Assembly (NCBI GenBank): GCA_050084985.1
Contig: JBITNC010000001.1
Span: forward strand, 111,352,001 to 111,416,000
From: Nageia nagi
Lineage: Eukaryota > Plantae > Pinophyta
Length of the DNA stretch: 64,000 bases
Reading direction: 5' to 3'
Both the position numbers and the translations under genes were made by a program. Shown here piece by piece: positions 54,301-64,000 of this stretch; positions within the stretch are counted from its first letter, which is position 1; each line of letters starts with the position of its first letter. The notes beneath the pieces are model-generated. The model saw nothing but the letters and a program-made list of their open reading frames with translations, searched no databases and was not told where the DNA came from.

Positions 54301-56628
54301 CCTTGTAAAGTGGACAAATAACGAGAAAATGAGTGTCATCTTTTATAGCATTTCAGTTACAAAGCTTACAAATTCTTTTATCCCAAAGTGTTTTAGGTAT
54401 TTGCCCATCTACCAATGTCACTATGTAGTTCATATGAATTAATTCTTAATTTTGCAATCATAAGTTTCTTTTGAAGATTGATAATCTTATTTGGATAGAG
54501 TGGATGTTCAAGATTTCAATTAATAATATTTTTTTACAATAGACTAATTTTCTTTTATTTTTGATATTATCATTGTTTCAAAACAATTGAATTGTTTTAT
54601 TTACACTTTGTAATTTTAATTCGTTGTTATTTCAATGGGTTACGTTATTGTTATTTCAAGGGGTTATGTTAGCTGACTTGTTTTTTGACATTGATGAGTT
54701 GGACAAGTTTGTTAAGCAACTATAGGCAACCTACAATGATCTAATTTTTTTTTGTTTATCTTCATAACATTGATTCTTCCTATTTGTCATCTCATTAACA
54801 TTCACAATCTTGAGAATTTTACAAATTGCTTTCTTTTTATGATTGTACAATGCAACAATTGCATCATGAATGTGGTTCGTTAAATCATTTTTACATGTAA
54901 ATTGATATTCTTCTTTTATGTTGGAAAAATATGTCATTGATGACTTAAAACTTTCTTCTTAATCCACTTTGTATGTAATGAATCTATTAATAAATATTTT
55001 GGCTTTTCATTAGTTGAGAAAATATTCTAATCAACATTTCTTTTAAAATTATCCATTGATAAGATTACAATTATTTGCTTCTACATAAGTTTTGATAGTT
55101 GCACTTGTTTTTTAGCAAAACAATCATTTTTTTTTTCATCATATTCTATCACATATTTTAAATATGCATTTACAAATATCAACAAGAAATGGATATGGTA
55201 CTTTTACTATTCCAATAAAACTCTAAAAAGTTCAATTTCCATATATACCATTGTCTTGTAAATTTTGATTAATGATCCCTAATACAAATTTAATAATTTA
55301 CTGGCAAGAAAAGATTCATTCAACATTTTAATTCTAAAAACTAAGGTTGTACTTGTCTAAAAAAGTAGAAGCTTGTAGACGATCCATTTTGAAATGATTT
55401 AACGACATTTTCAACAAGACAACAATGTGGAGAATATTACTAATTATTGGCAATGTAGATCAACAATAAAATTGTTCAGTTTGTTGACGACAATAAAAGC
55501 ATCAAAGTTGATGATGATTTGGCAGCCATAATGACTAACCTAGAAATCTAAAACACAATAAGTGAAGATAAGGTGAGGTTGAGTTTATAGAAAAGAAACA
55601 ACATCAATAAGACGGATCTTGAGAGATGATGGATGAAACAATAAGGATGATCCAACGAATGATAACCTTGGATGTAACTTTGATGATGATGATCAGAATG
55701 TCAATAACAACAAACAACAAAAGTTAGATAACAAAAAACAAAAGTGATCCATGAAAAACAACTTAATAGATATGATTGGATATTTCAGGCACTACATATT
55801 GAAGACCTGGATTTTGTACAACTATTTCAAATAGGTACAATTGGATATCTCAAGCATTCCATATTGAAGACTTGGATTTTGTTTAGAATCTGGAATATGA
55901 ATAAGCTTGTCAAAGACCAACGGTCTATGTTGTTCTTTTAACAATATTGTATGTTCGTAGATTACCAATAAATAAATGGGTGAGTTAGATAATGCATGTT
56001 ATATTCATTGGAGAAAACCCAAGAGGCCATGTATTTCACGTTGATAGCATGTAGAGAACATACAATGCTATTGCAATCCTCTCATGAGGTTCAATTGTAT
56101 GCATTGCCATAATTATAGGTAGTAATTAATTTAGTATCCAAGGCTGTTGGCGTTCAAGAATGTACGTAAGGGTAATATCATAGAATTGTTGTGAGATATT
56201 ACATTGAATCACACTCTGATATGTATCATTATTTTAACAATATGTATTGATAATGTTACATTTGAAAAATGTTTGTAACATTATTTCTATTATTCTTATG
56301 TGTAGCAACCATATTCGCACAAAGAGGTACCAATGCATTATCGTGTTTCTCTTCCAATCAATTTCATTACAATTTTGCCTTTTTTGCTTATATCCCTTTT
56401 GCATATTTTCTTCTGCAAGGTTAGCTACAATATAGTTTTCTCAAATCGCTCAAATTTAAACATCAGCTGGAACATGCTTTGATAGTATCAAATGTCAATT
56501 CTCAAACAATTGTATTAACCAGAATAATGTATATATACAATAATTCAAATCAGTTGCTTCATAATTAAGTAGTGTACCAAATAGAATCAACAAACTTGAT
56601 CAACTGTAAACAAATTAAACATTCTTAA

Positions 56629-57126
56629 TACATTTTATACCACCATAGAAGGAAATTAGAACCTATGCCTTGTCAGCTTTGTGTGAGAAAGAGGGTAACA
56701 TCCTTTGGTATTGGAATGTGTGTAATGCTGTAAACTTGTCATGAGATTTCTTTGTAAAAACTAAAAAGTCCTTTCTACGATTTTGATTTGAGAAATGATA
56801 TAATATTTTTGTAAACGCCTTTGTTGTAAGGATTCGTGAACTTTTTTCTTTATAAGTAAACTACATCATGTCTATGGTACATTTTATACCACCATAGAAG
56901 GAAATTAGAATCTATGCCTTGTCAGCTTTGTGTGAGAAAGAGGGTATCATCCTTTGGTATTGGAATGTGTGTAATGCTGTAAACTTGTCACGAGATTTCT
57001 TTGTAAAAACTAAAAAGTCCTTTCTACGATTTTGATTTGAGAAATGATATAATATTTTTGTAAACGCCTTTGTTGTAAGGATTCGTGAACTTTTTTCTTT
57101 ATAAGTAAACTACATCATGTCTATGG
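56629..57126. repeat. Recent 249-bp tandem duplication in the DHHC gene 3' UTR
   Basis: 56629-56877 and 56878-57126 differ at three positions by eye. Confidence 0.95.
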
Positions 57127-57721
57127 TTTTGATTTGAGAAATGACATTATGTTTCGTAAAATGCCTTTGTTGTAAGGATTCTTGAACTTCTTTCGCATAA
57201 AAGATCTGCCTGTAAAAAAGTCAATATTTAAACTGATGAATAGACTATAATGATAGTCATATAAAATATCAGCGTACAAGAATATGATATATATATCACC
57301 TGGTTCAGGAGGTATTTCCAGTTGAAATTCTGGATACTTGTCCCAATTTACCTTTTAAACAGAAAATGTAATGCACACGATAGATAAATGTTCTCAATGT
57401 AAAAAGTCATCAGATGAAAAAAGTGGTAAGAAGAATGATGGGATTACCCACTCATCAGTTGTAATATTGAGAGAGATGCAATACAAGTGCCAAACCATGA
57501 ATGGTACCTGAATGAAAAGAGAATAGATTTTAGTTTGAAAATCAGGTGTCTCTTAAAATAAACTACCAATAATTGAACAACAAAAGTTTCTTAGATTTGT
57601 ACATATAGATGGTTCGTTATATTGGAGCTTGTTTACCTGACCCATAACCAGATGGTATCATCGGTTACAAGCTCATTTATATCATCATTTTCAACTATAT
57701 GCTCAGAAAGCCAATAAATAT
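57121..57721 (-). CDS. 3' exons of a DHHC-type protein S-acyltransferase-like gene. Exons 57448-57507, 57300-57351, 57121-57209 and probable 57637-57721
   Basis: Canonical AG/GT sites; spliced VPFMVWHLYCISLNITTDEW|VNWDKYPEFQLEIPPEPG|RSFMRKKFKNPYNKGILRNIMSFLKSKP* contains the TTxE and PaCCT (NPYxxG..N...FL) motifs of DHHC PATs. The upstream exon (IYWLSEHIVENDDINEL...) has an uncertain donor. The DHHC motif itself is not in the window. Confidence 0.88.
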
Positions 57722-58090
57722 CTGAAAATAGAGCAATAAGCCAACACTGCTTTTAGTTATTAGAAAGCTTTTCTTTTTCTTTGGTTTTCAATCACTATTC
57801 ATCTTGGAATGGGCCATCCTCCAATTACACTTTATAATCAGCCTCATACTAATATATTTCCTTTTGGCTAAAATGCAAGTCATTTACTGACCACCCTTCA
57901 TTTCCCACATCCATATAGTAACATTTATACAAAGACCATTTAACATACAACTTGGATGATTGTTTTATCATTTATGTATTAATTGATGCAATCTTATGCA
58001 AAGACATTATCATAAATGTCTTTTAAACTCCTATTTTCATGTTGCACAACATGCAAAGTTGCATATCATGTGACAACTTTGCATGGATAG

Positions 58091-60770
58091 TGTTGTGACT
58101 TACACAACACACCGATTTTGGGGACCCACTGCAAGTCAGGTATGTCCAACATTATGTCTTTGTCTTGAGTCTTCAAAAGCTCCACCTATCTCCAAAAGCA
58201 TGGAGCCTCGAAGCTAGTATCCAGCTCAAACATGACCAAAGGGGTAGGCGCATTGTTTAAAAAGACAAAATCTTAACTTCCTGAGACATGCGCCTAACCC
58301 AAGGCGCATTAGGTTGGCAAAAACAGTGAAAATTGACTAAGTCCTGATTGCAAAAGTTTGAAAATCGTTCAAACTGGGCAAGTGCAACCTAGTGCATGCC
58401 TCAGAAAGACAAAATCTTGTCTTTCTAGGACATGCGCTCAAACTAATAGAGTTGGAGAGTTTGGCACACATTTTTAAAAAGACAAAATCTTGTCTTTTTG
58501 AAATATGCGCTTGGCATGGGAGGTGTCCTGGTTGAGCATGAAGGTCAAATTCAACAAGTCTAGACACTAGAAATGGCAAATTTGGACAAGTTAAGGGCTC
58601 AAAATTAGCACGAAGGTCAAGACGGATGAGAGGAAGAGCTAGAATGATCAATGACCAAAAAGCATGCATCCCCAAGTTGAGCACATGCTCCAGAAAGACA
58701 AAATCTTGTCTTTTCTGGGCATGTGCCCATCCTGAAGTGCCTCACTCACCCTCACATCTTGTTTCTGGCAGCCAAGCATTGAATTTTGGATGTGTACGCA
58801 TCTCGAGGACGGCCATATGGACGGCCAAGATGAATTCCTCATCATGCATGGTTGACTAGGGTTTCATGGAGACCTAATTTGCCTATAGATACAAGCTCGG
58901 GGGCTCATTTTTCTCAAATTCAAAACATTCTCCTCTTCATCTTTTGTGCCAGAATTGCAGAAAGAAGACACTTTTAGGGCTTTGAATCCATTCCACTACC
59001 TTTCTAGACTTGCGAAAGAGGTTTGAAGACAAGACAAGGCAACGTTGGGACACTTTCATCTTTGGAGGACCTGTGAATCACTCTCGGAGGCTCTCATCAC
59101 TTGGCCAGAATGACCACTTCCAAGAGTAGTTTGGTCAAAGAGATTGCGAGCGACGTGGAAATGTTGAGGCAAGATTGTACCATTTCAATTTGTGAAAGGC
59201 AATAGCCCCTACCATAAGGGGCCATATTCTCCAAAAATGGGTTTGCCACTATCAGAGACATGGACTAGCAGAAGGTAGATCCCATGCAAATGAGGGAGAA
59301 GATACGCAACGTGAAGATCACCATATTGAAACAAGATGATGTGTTCTTCTCAAGACTCTCTACCTGTACCTCTATCCCATTCATAGTCCCTTTCCTAGAA
59401 TTGTGCATAGAAGTGAGTCAGCATTGGCAGAAAGGAGAGAGGGCACTTAGGGACATCAAGGGGGATGTCATCATGGACTTCAACCATGAGGCCATCAAGA
59501 AGGCATTTCAATGGATGGAAGAGGGCAAATTTGAATATAGTGAAGCAGAGTCACTTGCGTGTTACCAAGGGACCAACAAAGTTGTCGTTGCTATCAGAGA
59601 TTGGATGCTGGAGGAGCATCATGGCCTTAAGGACAATGCTCTCATCAATGCCCCTTGCACCAACTTCTTCCCTACGTTGGAGTTGATGATTTTGATGTTG
59701 TCAAGAATCCTTGGAAAAGAAGATGCCTCCAAGTTCAAGAAGGAGTTCTTCGGCTTCATCGTTGAGATGGCAAAGGGAAGAAAGATTAAATGGAGCAAGG
59801 TATTGAGTGATACCCTTGCGGAACAATTGTCATCTATGGGCACTACATGCAAATTCTACCTCAACTCATACTTGGTATACTTGTTGCTTCATGGTAAGCA
59901 TAGATCCACGGCTCAAGGGGAGGTAGCATGGATCGAGAGAGGAACGTATGCTAAATGAAAATGCTACCCCAAGTGGAAGGTTGAAAGGAGATGGGATAGT
60001 TTTTTCATGTGAAACGATGGATGGGAGTATGAGATCTATAAGGAGTTAAAGGGTAAAATCACAATAACTAGGATCTCGAACTCAGGTCAAGATGCCTTGA
60101 CGAAGCATGGGGACTTCTTCATCCATCACCAACACTATTCCTACATCAGGATTTATGGGTCAATTGTGGAGCCATATTAACTACCTAGATATGTTAGCAA
60201 CAAATTGCTTTTGATGAAGATGATGAGGCAGTTGGCCTACTTGCACAAGCATGTGTGGCACAAGAAATCAACCACCTCAAATTTGTCGATCATAGTGGGA
60301 GAGTATCAGTGTAGAACTTGGGCAGACGTGGATTTGATGAGAGAGTTGGAGAGATTCCACTTCAAGAAGATGACCGTCGTAGACCACGTAGACCACTATG
60401 ATCCAGAGCATAGGATTCATGGCTTTTATATGAAAGAAAAAAAGAGGGCTTATGAGCATAAGCCACTTAGAGATGAGGAGCCGTTCATAAATATTAGTGA
60501 GGTGGAGATGAGGAAGATTCGTGCTAAGATGCAAGAGGATGCTCAGAAGCCTTTGAAGGAGGGGATGGTTGTTGTAAAACAAGAGGTGATTGACGATATC
60601 TTGACAGTGGTAGAATAGTTTGTAGATACTTACAAAAGATCTCAGTTGAGGAGCAAAAGTTGAAGGATATTATGGCCAATAGGGTCAACTTCCTCAGGAT
60701 GTTAGTCTCGAAGACCCATCATAGAGAGATTCCGGATGAATCAGGACCAAAGACCAGAGGATGTTAGCTT
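58091..60770 (+). mobile_element. Gypsy-type LTR element 5' portion, interrupted by the Copia at 60771; lies in an intron of the DHHC gene
   Basis: TGTTGTGAC terminus, palindromic repeat array, TATA-like CCTATAGATA (~58882), then a long decayed ORF. Confidence 0.7.
59110..60770 (+). pseudogene. PMD-like accessory ORF (~550 codons, scattered stops)
   Basis: ATG 59110 and ORFs 59284-59958 and 60205-60618 share one frame; IKWSKVLSDTLAEQL..FYLNSYLVYLL parallels the Tat extra ORF. Confidence 0.75.
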
Positions 60771-61180
60771 TGTTGGAATGTATAATGCATTATTGTAAAT
60801 AGATGTATTAAATCTTCTATGTAAATTTACTAATACTTAAGGGTATTATTTGATACCTTAAGTATTTTAGTAAATATAATAATGTAAATTATCCTACACT
60901 CCAAGTCATAAGCATGCCCCTTGGGTCAAAGATGTGCATGTCATGCTTAGGTCATCCAAAGAGGGATTTGGGTTTATAAATAGAAAGCTCCCTCTTTGTA
61001 ATGACACACCAATTGTGAAGTAAGGATATGCTATAGGACAGAAGTGTAGGAGTTGAGATTAGGAGAATTGTAAGAGAGTTGTATTTGTGAGAGAAGTAAA
61101 TATCTAGTTAGTGGATGTACTCTTAGTTGGAGGAACCACTTTACATCTTGGTAGTTATATTGTTAATGTTAGTTCCTTCA
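60771..61180 (+). repeat. 5' LTR
   Basis: TG..CA, TATA box TTTATAAATAG (~60973), homologous to 5753-6252. Confidence 0.9.
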
Positions 61181-61183
61181 AAT

Positions 61184-61195
61184 TGGTATTAGAAC
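61184..61195 (+). promoter_or_regulatory. Primer-binding site, initiator tRNA-Met type
   Basis: TGGTATTAGAAC versus canonical TGGTATCAGAGC, 3 nt after the LTR. Confidence 0.85.
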
Positions 61196-61456
61196 TTGCT
61201 TGAAGGCCTCTTTTCACATCCTTGGAGTTAAGGCTCTATATCTTCATCTTGGAGGTTCTCATTCTTTATCCTTCACTCCATTGAGAGGTAAAAGTGATTT
61301 AAGGTATAATCTTACTTTCTCAATCTTGATTTACTTAACATAGCAATATATTTTCATTGCATACTAACATGTATTATTGTTAGTATTCCTATCATATTGC
61401 TATAATTTTTGCATAGATTTCATTATTTTTAAAGGTTTTTATTATCAAAAGTTGAG

Positions 61457-61458
<2 letters not shown>

Positions 61459-61520
<62 letters not shown>
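61459..61520. repeat. (AT)31 microsatellite
   Basis: Perfect dinucleotide run. Confidence 0.98.
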
Positions 61521-61523
<3 letters not shown>

Positions 61524-64000
61524 CCCTTCAAATTTACATGCACATATTTTATAGCAACATATTTTGTAAAATTGGTAATCTTGAAATTACCTATTATATT
61601 ACCATATTTTGCATACCTTTATTTTATATTACAGTTGAGTATATGACAATTACAATTTTGTTTTGCTTAACATATTGGTCTCTTTTATTGAGATTTCATA
61701 TTTCATTGTTGAAGAGGAGAAATTTGTTTTTCAATAATCTATTTACACAAATTGCAAATATCTAAGGTGGCCTTACATAAACATTTTTTTAACACATTTA
61801 TATATCTATATTCCAATCCACCTTTGTATGGGCGGCCTATACATACAAGTTTTTACAAACAATCCAAAACAACAAAAAAAATATAATCGGCAACCTCCCC
61901 TTTGCCGTTCCTCCACCACCACCTTGGCTGGTCTATCCAGCCCTCTATCCACCGCTCCGCCCAAGGAGGTGCTACACGCACAGTACCACTTCTTCACGCA
62001 CTATGCTTTCTCCTCATCGCTGTTCCTCGTCCCATCCATGGTTTGCAGGGACTTGTTGGCTATCCCAGGGGGTGATTTGACCGGATTTTACCTGGCGTGA
62101 CTTTGTTCCATCATATCCGACCGTGGATCCGATCTGGCTTGCCCCGCTACTAATTGATCTACTCAGCGCTTGTTCAGCCGTTGCATCTGCCTTCTTGGCT
62201 TCGCTTCCTTTGATGAGAGCACAACACGAGCATCTTTTGAAGCGAACATTTTTTCAAAAGCTTCAACCGTCAACAACCATGCGTTCCTAATACCTCTAAC
62301 TCCATAGATGCCACCCCATACCTGCTTGAACTTCTCTGAGGCCCAAAATTTTCTCATTTGGCTGTAGTGACATTTTGTTGTGGAATCCAAAGAGAAAGTT
62401 GCACCTTACACAAATCCCTTCGAGAGGCTGGCTGCGAATACCAATAAGCCGCTCTCTGCTCCCCACGCGCGCAGGAACCTGCACCACCCAAATTTAGTAG
62501 CAATGGTGCCTATCCATATCGAACAACCAGGTTCAACAGTTGCCACAGTCCCCGCACTTGTATTTCTTGTTCCTCGCTGCCCATTACCCATTTATGGTGG
62601 CGCCTGCGGCCCACGCCTTCTCCTCTCTCCTCACCTACTCCCTCACCTACACCACGAAAGTTGATCCCTCTTTTGATTCTTCTCCTCTCTGCGCCTTGAA
62701 ATCTTTTGCCGTCGCCCATTTTTTTTGACTTTGGCACTTTTACTAAATACAAATTCCATTTCTGTGACCACTACCTTAGTATAATATCCCACTTGATTGC
62801 GTTGTGATAATGACCAATTTGACTTTGGCAAATGGAATCACATTAATTGAGCAGAGCTGTTAAAAGCAAACTTGGTGCCTATATGTACTCTTGTATCAAT
62901 TGATGGAGAGCGAGAGTGTAGTTTTGCCAAAGTGGATCCTTATTATTGAAGTAATCATGCGCATCTTCAACTACAAGCGCCTCTTGCACCTATTCATTTG
63001 TTTTGTTTGCCCACCGTCTATTTTTTAAGGGATTCCTATCTTCTTGACCTCTTTACTCAATGTTTTTTAGAGGATCTTATTTTTTATAGGGGAGTATTTT
63101 ACTTAATGCATCATTAAGGGGGAATTTTTTTAAGACAATGCGTATTTTACTTACTTTCTTGGTGATAAAAGCTTAAAGACTTTAAGTTGAATATTTTTAA
63201 GTCAAAATGCGTATTTTACTTTTTTGATGATAAAAGCTTAAAGACTTCAATTCAATATTTTTAAGTCAAAAATGCATGCTTATGACTTAAAACTTTTTTA
63301 TGCATACATAAGGTATTTTTATGCATGCTTATGACTTAAATTTTTGAAAATTCATGCTTATAACTTCAATTTTTAAGCATGCTTATAACTTAAAAATGCA
63401 TGATTATGTCTTTTAAATTCTAGTTCTTATGAAGAAATAATGCATGCTTACTTTTATTTTGGATTGATGCATACTTCTGTAAGTTAATGATGCATACTTA
63501 TGGGATTGATGTATGCCTTTATGCACAGTTAATGGACTTATGCAAAATAAAGATTGATGTAAAGATGTCCTTTAGGGGTTAGTAACAAAACCCATTGAAC
63601 ACTTAGGTTTTGAGTTATTAAATGGATGATGTTTTACTTATGCTCTTTTATTTTATGTTTCGCATTTTGATTTGTTTGCTTATGCAAACAAAAACATAAA
63701 CATTGATATGAGCAACCCCCTAAAATGAACACATCCGCACGTACATTCCGCAACATGACTTGTTTAGAGAGCCACGAGGTGAGAACAGGCGGACTGGAGC
63801 TTTTAAGTCTGATGATCCAAGTGGTGAAAAGTCCATACTACTTAATTGCCCCTAAGTCCTCTATTGGTCTGGATTTAACTCCAATAGATGGATAGGTATG
63901 TGTGTAGTGATACCACATATCCGCATGTCCATTTAGGGATTACTTAATAACCTAGGAGGACAAATTGAAACCTAATCAAGATTAATAATTTGGCCGATCC

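Larger units (their letters stand above)
60771..64000 (+). mobile_element. Ty1/Copia element, same family as 1-6252: 5' LTR, PBS and long leader; continues beyond the window
   Basis: LTR TGTTGGAATGTATAATGC...CCTTCA, PBS, and leader 63540-64000 aligning with 455-913. Confidence 0.92.

Noticed and set aside
57448-57507. Alternative frame RYHSWFGTCIASLSILQLMSG as a dual-coding exon
   Set aside because: It stops at once in the next exon, and the other frame carries the TTxE motif.
58050-58085. Inverted repeat CATGCAAAGTTG/CAACTTTGCATG beside the LTR start
   Set aside because: Real but short and isolated; no TSD or other evidence of a MITE or function.
58247-58728. CRISPR-like palindromic repeats
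   Set aside because: Irregular spacing, diverged units, eukaryotic LTR context, no cas genes.
5753-61180. A single giant element bounded by the two similar Copia LTRs
   Set aside because: The first is a 3' LTR (preceded by pol and PPT), the second a 5' LTR (followed by PBS); they differ in length and have no shared TSD.
61377-61765. Hydrophobic ORFs 61377-61646 and 61538-61765
   Set aside because: Artefacts of the (AT)n microsatellite and T-rich sequence.
63705-63750. Group II intron domain V-like GCACGTACATTC
   Set aside because: No pairing 5' arm (GAGCCG..GAAA) and no other intron domains.
63790-63860. Hammerhead ribozyme-like CTGATGA..GAAA core
   Set aside because: The paralogous copy reads TCGACGA (721-727), so the ancestor was probably CCGACGA and CTGATGA is a CpG-decay product; stems I and II are also poor.

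Overview
Eukaryotic, AT-rich, strongly CpG/CHG-depleted plant nuclear DNA; the retroelement complement is most consistent with a gymnosperm. Most of the window is decayed retrotransposons. Copia: two members of one family (1-6252 and 60771-64000, +) and an older minus-strand Copia interrupted by the first (6253-8085). Ty3/Gypsy: a complete pol-less gag+PMD LTR element (14147-22870, TSD ATATG), a complete Tat element with PR-aRH-RT-RH-INT order and an extra ORF (29672-42030, -, TSD AATGT), and an LTR-like element with an ORF apparently inside its LTR (58091-60770). There are also three LINEs. Two host-gene 3' ends, missed by the ORF track because their exons are small, were recovered by splice-phase analysis: a five-exon plus-strand piece at 11003-11541 and the last exons of a DHHC S-acyltransferase-type gene on the minus strand at 57121-57721. 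The most unusual observations: (i) the Tat element has a tRNA-complementary site at BOTH internal LTR borders and no abutting polypurine tract, suggesting tRNA-primed plus-strand synthesis or long cDNA overhangs; (ii) four unrelated retroelements, including a LINE, each carry a PMD or PMD-like accessory ORF in a different position; (iii) the DHHC C-terminal motif is present in three copies, with conservative substitutions. All identifications are by eye and from remembered motifs; no searches were run.
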